Below, one piece after another: positions 9,080 to 17,608 of a stretch of DNA of 44,823 nucleotides. Within the stretch, counting starts at the first letter, position 1, and each line of letters begins with the position of its first letter. This stretch comes from Actinomycetota bacterium. Lineage in GTDB: Bacteria > Actinomycetota > Actinomycetes > Nanopelagicales > Nanopelagicaceae. The translations under genes and the position numbers were made by a program. Location of the stretch: positions 1 through 44,823 of the forward strand of contig JBDLPY010000024.1 of the NCBI GenBank assembly GCA_039800785.1, given 5' to 3'. The notes beneath the pieces are model-generated. The model saw only the letters and a program-made list of their open reading frames with translations, was not told where the DNA came from and made no database searches.

Positions 9080-9760
9080 TTAATTTGGTCGCCCAGCGCG
9101 ATATCCGACGCCTCTAACCGTCAGTATTAATTCTGGATTTTCTGGATCGCGCTCCACTTTTGAACGAAGGCGCTGGACGTGAACATTTACCAAACGAGTG
9201 TCCGTTGAATGATGGTAACCCCAAACTTCGCTAAGAAGAGCTTCTCGACTAAATACTCGTCCTGGATCTTTTAATAGTGCCGCCAATAATTCAAACTCAA
9301 GTCTTGTTAAGGAAATCTTTTTACCATCTCTCAAAACTTCGTGTGAAACTAAATCAACTTGCAAATCACCAATTTTGATTGCCCCGGTATTTGAAGGAGT
9401 GACCCGGCGTAATCTCGTACGAATGCGGGCGATTAACTCTGCCGGATGAGGAAATGGTTTAACTATGTAATCGTCCGCCCCTGCTTCTAAACCAGCTACA
9501 ACATCTTGGCTATCGCCTTTAGCAGTCAACATAACAATTGGAACCATAGAAATTTGGCGAATTTGTTTACAAACTTCAATGCCATCTATTCCTGGCAACA
9601 TTAAGTCCAACAGAATTAAATCTGGATTATTTTCTTGAAAAGCGCTGACTGCTTCGTCGCCTCGACCAACAATTTCAACATCCATGCCGGCACCGGTGAT
9701 TACGATGCCGAGCATCTCAGCTAAGTCCTGGTCGTCATCAACGACCAAAACCTTTGGCAT
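9080..9760 (-). CDS. mtrA: OmpR-family response regulator MtrA
   Basis: 226 aa. Receiver domain (VLVVDDD...DLILLDLMLPGIDG...MLTAK) plus a winged helix ending DTRLVNVHVQRLRSKVE.DPENP..ILTVRGVGY, near-identical in pattern to M. tuberculosis MtrA as recalled. The start overlaps the ahcY stop (TAATG). Confidence 0.9.
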   Translation of the reverse strand: MPKVLVVDDDQDLAEMLGIVITGAGMDVEIVGRGDEAVSAFQENNPDLILLDLMLPGIDGIEVCKQIRQISMVPIVMLTAKGDSQDVVAGLEAGADDYIVKPFPHPAELIARIRTRLRRVTPSNTGAIKIGDLQVDLVSHEVLRDGKKISLTRLEFELLAALLKDPGRVFSREALLSEVWGYHHSTDTRLVNVHVQRLRSKVERDPENPELILTVRGVGYRAGRPN

Positions 9761-11046
9761 TAGCTACCGTGTTCCCAAGAATTGAGATACAGCTCTTGAG
9801 CTGGTGTTAAAACATCAACTGAGCCACCCATGCTCTTTAATTTCATTCTAGCCACATCTTTGTCGATTTCAGTTGGAACGTTGTGAACACCTGGTTTTAG
9901 ATTCTTCGATTCCTTAACTAACCATTCAGCTGTCAGTGCTTGATCAGAGAAAGATAAATCCATAACTGATGCTGGATGTCCTTCAGCTGCTCCTAGATTT
10001 ACCAAGCGCCCTTCAGCAAGTAAAAGGATTCGGTTACCGTTTTTCAAAACATATTCATCCGTTTGGTGGCGCATTTTTTCATTCTTAGCAGTTGCATTCT
10101 TCTCTAGCCATGCGACATCAATTTCGATATCAAAGTGACCAGAATTTGCCAGAATTGCGCCATCTTTCATTTTTACAAAATGTTCTTCACGAAGCACGTC
10201 GCGATTTCCTGTTACCGTAATAAATACGTCACCAATTGGTGCAGCTTTATCCATTGGCATTACTCGGAAACCCTGCATCATTGCGTCAAGTGCTTTAGTT
10301 GGATCGATTTCAGTAACAATTACATCGGCGCCTAATCCTCTTGCGCGTTCGGCAACTCCTTTGCCGCAGTAACCAAAGCCTGCAACCACAAGAACACGTC
10401 CGGCAAGCAAGAAATTTGTGGCACGGAAAACTGCATCTAATGTCGATTGGCCAGTTCCATAACGATTATCAAACATATGTTTTGTATCGGTGTCATTTAC
10501 GGCAACCATTGGAAATTGCAATGCCCCATCTTTTGCCATTTGAGTTAGGCGAATAACTCCAGTTGTAGTTTCTTCACAACCCCCAGTTATGTTTGGAATT
10601 AATTCTTTTCGTGTGGTGTGTAACGTATTTACCAAATCGCAACCATCATCGAATACTTGGTGTGGTGCAATATCTAATGCGGCATTTATGTGAGCGTAAT
10701 ATCCATCGCGATCAATTGCATTCTTTGCAAAAACACTGATTCCATATTCATGAACTAAAGCGGCTGCCGTGTCATCTTGAGTTGAAAGCGGGTTTGAAGC
10801 GCACAATGCGATCTCTGCACCGCCAGCTTTTAGTACGCGCATCAAATTCGCAGTTTCGGTAGTTACGTGCATGCATGCAGAAATTCTGATTCCAGTAAAT
10901 GGCTTCTCTTTTTCGAAACGCTCACGAATTTGTGCCAGCACTGGCATGTTTCGCTCAGCCCATTCAATTCGCTTTTTACCCGAAGTTGCAAGTGACGCAT
11001 CTGCAATATCGTGCTTTGGAAGAACGTTTGTTGTTGCTGTTGACAC
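9760..11046 (-). CDS. ahcY: Adenosylhomocysteinase (S-adenosyl-L-homocysteine hydrolase), short form
   Basis: 428 aa with a GTG start. Shows the MPVL...FEKEKPF..IRI..C.HVTTETANL signature, the NAD-binding GFGYCGKG, and HFDIEID. Confidence 0.95.
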   Translation of the reverse strand: MSTATTNVLPKHDIADASLATSGKKRIEWAERNMPVLAQIRERFEKEKPFTGIRISACMHVTTETANLMRVLKAGGAEIALCASNPLSTQDDTAAALVHEYGISVFAKNAIDRDGYYAHINAALDIAPHQVFDDGCDLVNTLHTTRKELIPNITGGCEETTTGVIRLTQMAKDGALQFPMVAVNDTDTKHMFDNRYGTGQSTLDAVFRATNFLLAGRVLVVAGFGYCGKGVAERARGLGADVIVTEIDPTKALDAMMQGFRVMPMDKAAPIGDVFITVTGNRDVLREEHFVKMKDGAILANSGHFDIEIDVAWLEKNATAKNEKMRHQTDEYVLKNGNRILLLAEGRLVNLGAAEGHPASVMDLSFSDQALTAEWLVKESKNLKPGVHNVPTEIDKDVARMKLKSMGGSVDVLTPAQELYLNSWEHGS

Positions 11047-11081
11047 TAGAGAGCCCCTTTATAGATGTAGGGAGAAGTTTA

Positions 11082-12434
11082 CTAGGAGTTAATTAGCTCT
11101 AAAACCTCATCACGAATCTTCGCCATCTGAGCCTCAGTCTTGGCCTCTACGTTTAAACGAAGTAATGGCTCAGTATTTGAAGCGCGCACATTGAACCACC
11201 ATGAATCGCTATCAACCGTTAAGCCATCCAGGTGGTCAAGTTTTATTTCAATCTTTGCGCCGTAAATTGATTCAATCTTCTTCATCGTTGATTTAGCATC
11301 TTTAACTTTTGAATTGATTTCACCACTTGCTATATATTTCGAATATGGTTTTAGTAATTTAGATAAGGATTTGTCGCTCGTTCCTAGCGCAGCAATTGCG
11401 TGAAGCGCAGCAAGCATTCCAGAATCAGCTTTCCAGAAATCAGAAAAGTAAAAGTGGCCTGAATGTTCGCCACCAAAAATTGCACCAGTTTCTGCCATCA
11501 AAGCTTTTATGTATGAATGACCGACTCGGCTGCGGATAGCGGTGCCACCATTTTCGGTCACAATCTCCGGTACTGATTTAGATGAAATTAAGTTATAAAT
11601 AATTGAAGATCCTGGTTTACGTTTTAATTCACGGTCTGCAATAAGCGCAGTCAGAGCTGAAGGATTAACTGCGTCTCCGTTTTCGTCAACCAAAAAACAG
11701 CGATCAGCATCACCATCAAAAGCTAAACCGATGTCTGCTCCGACTTTTTTAACTTTCTTCTGCAAATCTTTCAAGTTTTCCGCATCAATTGGATTTGCCT
11801 CGTGGTTAGGGAAAGTGCCATCCAATTCGTAAAACATTTCAGTAACTTCAGCATTAATTTTCTTGAATACTGCTGGCGCGGTGTAGCCCGCCATTCCATT
11901 TCCAGCATCAATCACAATGTTTAGTTTCTTTATTTCCGAAACATCAACTAATTCAAGTAGAAAATTAACGTAATCATCCAACATCTCGCGCTTAATTTCT
12001 TTTCCGGGAGATCGCATTGAAAGTGCAACGCCATCTCGCACAAATTGCTCAATAGCGAGCAAGCCAGACTCTTTTCCGATTGGTCTTGCGCCACTTAAAC
12101 ACATCTTGATTCCGTTGTATTCCGCAGGATTGTGGCTGGCAGTAAACATGGCACCAGGGAGGTTTAAATTTCCTGCTGCGAAATACAACATATCTGTTGA
12201 AGCTAAACCAATTCTGATTACATCAAAACCTTGCGAAGTAACACCATCGGCGAATGCGGATGCCAGTTCGGGTGAAGATGGCCGCATATCTTCGCCAATA
12301 ACAACTGTGGCGGGTTCGCGTTCCAATTCTAAAAATTTTGCAAATGCTGCGCCAACGGCAAAGGCGAAATCTCTAGTTAATTCAGTTCCGACTAAACCGC
12401 GTATGTCGTACGCCTTAAAAATATTTGGAATCAT
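11082..12434 (-). CDS. manB: Phosphomannomutase/phosphoglucomutase
   Basis: 450 aa. Active-site loop FTASHNPAEYNGIK, metal loop FDGDADR and sugar-binding GGEHSGH. Position corresponds to Rv3257c. Confidence 0.88.
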   Translation of the reverse strand: MIPNIFKAYDIRGLVGTELTRDFAFAVGAAFAKFLELEREPATVVIGEDMRPSSPELASAFADGVTSQGFDVIRIGLASTDMLYFAAGNLNLPGAMFTASHNPAEYNGIKMCLSGARPIGKESGLLAIEQFVRDGVALSMRSPGKEIKREMLDDYVNFLLELVDVSEIKKLNIVIDAGNGMAGYTAPAVFKKINAEVTEMFYELDGTFPNHEANPIDAENLKDLQKKVKKVGADIGLAFDGDADRCFLVDENGDAVNPSALTALIADRELKRKPGSSIIYNLISSKSVPEIVTENGGTAIRSRVGHSYIKALMAETGAIFGGEHSGHFYFSDFWKADSGMLAALHAIAALGTSDKSLSKLLKPYSKYIASGEINSKVKDAKSTMKKIESIYGAKIEIKLDHLDGLTVDSDSWWFNVRASNTEPLLRLNVEAKTEAQMAKIRDEVLELINS

Positions 12435-12446
12435 CTTTGCCTTCTT

Positions 12447-12812
12447 TTACTTGAAAGGCACAGATCGCAGATGACCGCGTCTTCCAATCTCTGATTGAAC
12501 AGCATTGTTATTCAAATTTCCATCATAATTCTTTGATACTTCACGTACGGCATCTGCAATAGCCATCAAATCTTCTTCCGAAGGTCCCAAATCTGTTTCA
12601 TTTGGTTCACGCCGAATAACTTCCCAACCATTTGGAACCGTTAATTTTGAACCATGTATTTCACATAAGTCATAAGCGTGTGGTTCAGAATAAGTTGCTA
12701 GTGGACCAACCACTGCGACAGAGTCAGCATAAATATAAGTAAGAGTCAAAGTCGCACGGCGATTACAACTTGAGCGAGAGCAGAATCTGCCCAAGCTTTT
12801 CTTTGAACTCAT
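12447..12812 (-). CDS. DUF3499-family Cys-containing protein (Rv3258c-like)
   Basis: 121 aa. C..SSC......TLTY.Y...........HAYDLC..H motif pattern, and conserved placement next to manB in Actinobacteria (recalled). Confidence 0.7.
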   Translation of the reverse strand: MSSKKSLGRFCSRSSCNRRATLTLTYIYADSVAVVGPLATYSEPHAYDLCEIHGSKLTVPNGWEVIRREPNETDLGPSEEDLMAIADAVREVSKNYDGNLNNNAVQSEIGRRGHLRSVPFK

Positions 12813-12842
12813 GCCTACAGATTAGTAGTTGCGCTTGTAAAA

Positions 12843-14138
12843 CTATGGATTTAAAACACTGATGTTGGCGGTAGGAATTGAACTCTTGGTTAAAGCTGAG
12901 CCGGCAATCAAAGGAATCACGCTATTTCCACTCTTGCTCGAAATCAGCATTGCGCCATATGTAGCACCACTTGAGCCTCGTATTTCCAACAAACGTGAAT
13001 TACTTGGCAGTGTCCAAACTGCAATGTCGCTGCCAATGATTTTTCGCTTAATAATTTTGTTGCTACCAGTCGTTACTTCTAAATAAACGTTAATTTCATC
13101 GCCCGCCAAAATTAGCTTTCCAGTTAAACCCGAAATTGCCCATTGGCCACGTTTTACTTCAGTAGCTGGCGTACTCCAAACAAAATCACGTCGTCCGTTT
13201 ATATTTGCCACATTAAATACTGAAGCCACTATTGGCTTGCTCGAAGTGATTTGTAAACCAAATTGATTGCTTGGTTGAGTGATCGGAATATCTAAATTAG
13301 CAGCCCGTCCCGCGGCGACTTTCACATTGTTTAGACCAACAGGTACAAAATTTCCATCTTTTGAAATCAACTTCGCTGAAATTGTTGCATCACTGGAATT
13401 TGGATTTCCAATTCTAAGAATTGCTGGGTTCTTTGTGTTTGAATCGACTGGAATAGCTGGAATAACAATTTCGTTCGCCAAATCAACTTGGCCATTAACA
13501 ACGTCGCCACCAAAGGTGCTTAATCCTTTGCCGCGTTCGTCAATCATGAAAGCGGAAACGCGACCTGAAATTAGCGAAACTTTATATGAAGTTGCCGTGG
13601 CACCTGGCGTTAAGCCGACCAAACTTGCTTCAGTAACAGAGTTTGATTTCACGCTTATAGTTTTTTTGGTTGCTCCTTGATTATCACTGAGTGAATAAAT
13701 TTCGACAATCGCAGTGCTCAAGCCACTGTTTACCAAAACTATTCGGCCACGACTAGATATGTCAGCAGTTCCACCTGCAAACCATTGGGAATCACGCGGC
13801 GCTGTGCAGATAACTCCACCAGCCCAGATTCCACTTTTTGAAAGTAAACCAGTGATTGAAACGCTATCGCTTTCAATATAAGCCGCTGGGCTAGTTGAAG
13901 CTACAGAAGTGCGTCCAGCTTTAAATAATTTAACTTTTCTATTTCCAACACCACGAATTAATGTGTTCTTGCTTGGTAATGAATATTGCAGATTTACACC
14001 AGATTCACCTTTTGGACACACAACAGCTTGATAAGAATAAGTAATCGAATTATTTCTCCCGCCAAATTCCAATCCATTTGCTAAAAGAATTACCCCGAGC
14101 GAAGCAGCCAATAAATAAATCAAATTTCGATTTCTCAT
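12843..14138 (-). CDS. Secreted or membrane-anchored beta-rich protein, probably DUF5719 family
   Basis: 431 aa. N-terminal signal/anchor LIYLLAASLGVILLA, Ser/Thr/Gly/Val-rich with no catalytic motif recognised. Its ATG overlaps the stop of the upstream giant GT2 gene (ATGA at 14135-14138). The family name is from recollection of the GT2/DUF5719 gene pair. Confidence 0.5.
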   Translation of the reverse strand: MRNRNLIYLLAASLGVILLANGLEFGGRNNSITYSYQAVVCPKGESGVNLQYSLPSKNTLIRGVGNRKVKLFKAGRTSVASTSPAAYIESDSVSITGLLSKSGIWAGGVICTAPRDSQWFAGGTADISSRGRIVLVNSGLSTAIVEIYSLSDNQGATKKTISVKSNSVTEASLVGLTPGATATSYKVSLISGRVSAFMIDERGKGLSTFGGDVVNGQVDLANEIVIPAIPVDSNTKNPAILRIGNPNSSDATISAKLISKDGNFVPVGLNNVKVAAGRAANLDIPITQPSNQFGLQITSSKPIVASVFNVANINGRRDFVWSTPATEVKRGQWAISGLTGKLILAGDEINVYLEVTTGSNKIIKRKIIGSDIAVWTLPSNSRLLEIRGSSGATYGAMLISSKSGNSVIPLIAGSALTKSSIPTANISVLNP

Positions 14139-17134
14139 GATTTATCACGCTTTCGTCGCCCAGCCGGAGCAGCCATAATTAATGCAAAGATTAAGACAAT
14201 TAACTGCAATGAAATTAATGACCGGCGAAGCGTACCGTCGTGAATAAGTAGATACTCCCCTGGCTCATCAACGGTAAAGACTGGTAAGCCGAATTCATTT
14301 TTCCCTTTATTTAAATGTTTACCATTTCCGATTATTTGCCAAGAGCGATCGTAATTTTCGGCTAAACGAATTATTCCTTTCTCGCTAACTTTGAAATTAG
14401 CACTGACGGCATTGGTAGGTAGAGGAATTGATTGATTCTTTGAATTCTTGAATAGAACTCGTTCTGGAATTCCGACCACTTTCCATGTGACACCTGCACT
14501 GGTCGATGAATTACGTAAGAATCCACCGACGCCATCGATAGTTCTGATCAGGCTATCTGGAGCTGGCGCCGTAACAAATATGTACTTAATTCCAAAAGCT
14601 TCAAAAGTTTTTGCTGCATTGATATCAGTTCCAGAGACTGTGCCGCGAACAGCTGCACTCAACTCTTTGTTCATTGCTGGGGCCACATCTGGATCACCTA
14701 AATAAATATCGCGATCTCGAGAGACAAAGAAATTCAAATAACCTGCTTCATTAACTCTAAAAACCATAGTTTTAACACCGGGCGAAATCCCGAGAAATTC
14801 CGGCAAGACAGGTTTAGTGATTGCATGCAACGGTGATTTGGAAATCGAACTCCAAAGTGCCGAACTGCCTAAGTAAAGAACCGAAGAAATTAAAAGCAAC
14901 CCCGAAATTAAATGTCGCGAATTTACGGCACTTGCTTCTAAATTTTCCCGCAATTTATCTAAGACTAAAGTTCCAGATGTAATTGCCGCAACTGTTGAGA
15001 CTGCCAAGAATGTTCCGCTCCAAAGTGGAACTCCTGTTGCTGATCCGTGTGCCGGAAATACAAATGCTGAAGTTATTCCGGCAATTCCAACGAAAATTAA
15101 TCCTACGTATGAAAAATACTTCGCGTTAGTTTTTGAAATAACTGTTCCAAACAAAATGGCAGTGAAAGGCGCGATCAACCACCATGGCGGAGAACCAATT
15201 CCGCCGGGATTTGATAGAAAAGCTAAATTAGGGCCGCCACCAGCAAGTGCTAAGCCAGGTTCTAATAAGAATCTAGATGGGTGCAAAATAGCTTCGGTGG
15301 TCCACGGTAAATTAATTAAAAACGGAATCGCCAACACTAATCCGCGAAGCTTCAACCGTTTTTCGCGCAGAATTTCATCAATTCGATTCCATTCATACCC
15401 AGTTAGCAATGCCATCCAGATAAACAATGAAATAAAGAACGGCATCGAGAATGCAGTTGGGATAGCCAAAAAGAGCCCTAACTGAAATATTTTTCGATAG
15501 CTGATTAATTCAATCTGCAACATGCCCTGCATCAAATTGAATGTGATTGGTAGCGCAATCAAAACAATCATTGTGCCTAGCCGCCCGGAATTGATTGAGC
15601 CAAGCGCGACCGGCGAAAGCGAGTAAAGCAAGCCACCAAAAATTGCTAGCCAAATATGTGTCGTTATTTTTCTAATCCAAATATAAATTGAACTAAATAA
15701 AATTAGCGGTGCAAAAATAAATAACGTCGCAGTAAATAATTGAGCATTACCGAAAAATAATGATCCGATAAATGCCACAATCGCAACCCAAGTAGGCGTT
15801 GCTGAGCCACTTCCCATTCCAACTTGATGCCATGACTCGGCATACAACCGCCATAGATCACTTGCGCCCTTTGGGGTTTCCGGTAATGCACCACCCGCGA
15901 TCGGACCTAGTCGGCCATGCGCCAATAAGATTGAATAAACAAATAGCAATGCTGCAGTTCCTACCGCAGGATTTGTTAAGAATCGGAACCAATTTGATTT
16001 TGGTTGCGGTGCTAATAATTCATCATCATCCGAAATACTTACTGATTCAAGGTGCATTTCTGGAGCTGGGAAGAATTTTTCGCGGAACCAGTTGATGACA
16101 TCATCTTTTGCATTACGAAGTTGCATGATTTGTGACGGCATAAATGGTTTTGCAACTCGTGCGGACAATAATTTATTTACTTTGCGCTTCTTGCGCGCTC
16201 CTCGTAATAAATCTGGTCGAATAAATAATTGAAAGATTGCCAGAATTTCATCCGCGGCATATCCGGGTAATTTTGCTAATAGATAACCGATGGCACGAAA
16301 AATTGCTGCCCCGGAAATTTGGAATACCAATCCAGGCAACATCCACCATGATGAATTTGCAAGCAGTACGTAGGCCGCATTTCTTCGATCCAATAAATGT
16401 GCGTGATGTAAGAAAGCTTCATCAACATCTACTTGGCGACGTTCATTAAAAGCGGCTTGGGCGTGACGCGCAACGGCATCAGTTGTTACTAAAACACCAT
16501 GGCCCGCCATTCGAATTCGCCAACCAAAATCTACGTCGTCACGAAAGATTGCTAAATTTTCGTCGAAGCCACCCAGTTCTTCATAAACATCTCTGCGAAT
16601 TAATGCACCTGCAGTACTTACTGAAAGAACTTCTTTAATGCCATCGTGCTGCCCTTGATCGAATTCATCGCTTTCCATTCCGGTCCAGCGCGCACCTTGG
16701 GTTGCAATACTTATTCCAGCTTCAAGTAAATGATCTCGTTTATTCCAACCAATTAATTTTGGTCCAACCATCGCAATATTTGGACGATTTTCAACTGCTG
16801 CTAACAAAGCTTCTAACGCATTCGGTGCCGGCGCACAATCATCATGAAGTAACCAAATCCACTCTTCAATATTTTCATTTTCATTTAATGAAGGTAATTG
16901 TTTTACTGCGGTAGCTACGGCAGTTCCGAAACCATCGCCGCGTTCGATTGAAGAAAAATCAATTCGGGCGCCAGATAATAATTTTGCCGACGCATCTTGC
17001 GATCCCGTATCAATTGCAATTGTTTGATCAACTTTTCGAGTTTGTGAAGCGAGCGCAGCAACAACTTCGGGCAACCAGGTTGCACCATCATGCACGACCA
17101 ATATCGCGCAGACTCGAATTTTTTTATCAGCCAT
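14135..17134 (-). CDS. Family-2 glycosyltransferase fused to a large polytopic membrane domain and a C-terminal extracytoplasmic domain
   Basis: 999 aa. N-terminal GT-A features (ILVVHDGATW, IDTGSQD, LLHDDCAP, FRDDVDFGWR), many hydrophobic helices from about residue 390 to 770, a soluble region of about 200 aa, and a terminal TM plus RRKRDKS tail. Confidence 0.75.
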   Translation of the reverse strand: MADKKIRVCAILVVHDGATWLPEVVAALASQTRKVDQTIAIDTGSQDASAKLLSGARIDFSSIERGDGFGTAVATAVKQLPSLNENENIEEWIWLLHDDCAPAPNALEALLAAVENRPNIAMVGPKLIGWNKRDHLLEAGISIATQGARWTGMESDEFDQGQHDGIKEVLSVSTAGALIRRDVYEELGGFDENLAIFRDDVDFGWRIRMAGHGVLVTTDAVARHAQAAFNERRQVDVDEAFLHHAHLLDRRNAAYVLLANSSWWMLPGLVFQISGAAIFRAIGYLLAKLPGYAADEILAIFQLFIRPDLLRGARKKRKVNKLLSARVAKPFMPSQIMQLRNAKDDVINWFREKFFPAPEMHLESVSISDDDELLAPQPKSNWFRFLTNPAVGTAALLFVYSILLAHGRLGPIAGGALPETPKGASDLWRLYAESWHQVGMGSGSATPTWVAIVAFIGSLFFGNAQLFTATLFIFAPLILFSSIYIWIRKITTHIWLAIFGGLLYSLSPVALGSINSGRLGTMIVLIALPITFNLMQGMLQIELISYRKIFQLGLFLAIPTAFSMPFFISLFIWMALLTGYEWNRIDEILREKRLKLRGLVLAIPFLINLPWTTEAILHPSRFLLEPGLALAGGGPNLAFLSNPGGIGSPPWWLIAPFTAILFGTVISKTNAKYFSYVGLIFVGIAGITSAFVFPAHGSATGVPLWSGTFLAVSTVAAITSGTLVLDKLRENLEASAVNSRHLISGLLLISSVLYLGSSALWSSISKSPLHAITKPVLPEFLGISPGVKTMVFRVNEAGYLNFFVSRDRDIYLGDPDVAPAMNKELSAAVRGTVSGTDINAAKTFEAFGIKYIFVTAPAPDSLIRTIDGVGGFLRNSSTSAGVTWKVVGIPERVLFKNSKNQSIPLPTNAVSANFKVSEKGIIRLAENYDRSWQIIGNGKHLNKGKNEFGLPVFTVDEPGEYLLIHDGTLRRSLISLQLIVLIFALIMAAPAGRRKRDKS

Positions 17135-17218
17135 TACAGAGAGAAGTTTCTAATGGGTGCCATCGCTTTGGCGAATGCGCACAAAGTTGAAAGTTGACCG
17201 TTGTCAGAACTTGGAGCG

Positions 17219-17485
17219 TTAAGCGCTGCGGCGCTTTAAGCGGCGACGTTCCCGCTCAGATAATCCGCCCCAGATTCCAAAGCGCTCATCGTGTGCCAAG
17301 GCATATTCCAAACATTCGCCTCGTACATCGCATGACATGCAGACTCGCTTTGCTTCGCGAGTTGAGCCACCCTTTTCTGGGAAGAATGCTTCTGGATCGG
17401 TCTGTGCGCATAGCGCGCGCTCTTGCCAGGAAAGTTCAACGATTTCACCGGAAACGAGCTGAATGCTTGGTCCTTGATCGCGCAT
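17219..17485 (-). CDS. whiB2: WhiB-family transcription factor, WhiB2/WhmD/WhiB type
   Basis: Core WQERALCAQTDPEAFFPEKGGSTREAKRVCMSCDVRGECLEYALAHDERFGIWGGLSERERRRLKR is almost identical to Streptomyces WhiB / M. tuberculosis WhiB2 as recalled. I prefer the ATG at 17485 (88 aa, GGGG 8 nt upstream), which matches homologue lengths. The open frame runs on to a TTG at 17608 (129 aa) and an ATG at 17563. Confidence 0.85.
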   Translation of the reverse strand: MRDQGPSIQLVSGEIVELSWQERALCAQTDPEAFFPEKGGSTREAKRVCMSCDVRGECLEYALAHDERFGIWGGLSERERRRLKRRSA

Positions 17486-17552
17486 TCGAATAACCCCTAT
17501 ATCTTTTACATCTCTGGCTCGTGGCCCTGCTGGCCTGCGAGTTCTTGGCTGA

Positions 17553-17581
17553 ATTACACGCATGTAACTCGATATTGTCAA
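17553..17581 (-). promoter_or_regulatory. Candidate sigma-70-type promoter for whiB2 (TTGACA, 17-nt spacer, TGTAAT)
   Basis: On the minus strand, TTGACA lies at 17581-17576 and TGTAAT at 17558-17553 with a 17-nt spacer. The -10 lacks the conserved A at position 2, so the match is imperfect. It would give a leader of about 60 nt to the ATG at 17485. Confidence 0.3.
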
Positions 17582-17608
17582 GCCGAGAAGTAAGGAATTA
17601 GTGGCCAA

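Noticed and set aside
12106-12474. 122-aa plus-strand ORF antisense to manB. Similar long antisense ORFs occur at 13279-13680, 15156-15485, 22001-22369, 25121-25555 and 41550-41891.
   Set aside because: All lie entirely inside strongly supported genes on the other strand. They have biased, repetitive compositions typical of antisense frames, no recognisable motifs and no plausible RBS. They are shadow ORFs.
17135-17218. Possible terminator hairpin downstream of whiB2 (GTTCTGAC..GTCAAC followed by a T-rich run on the minus strand)
   Set aside because: The stem is only about 4-6 bp with a bulge and the T-tract is interrupted. That is too weak to call an intrinsic terminator by eye.
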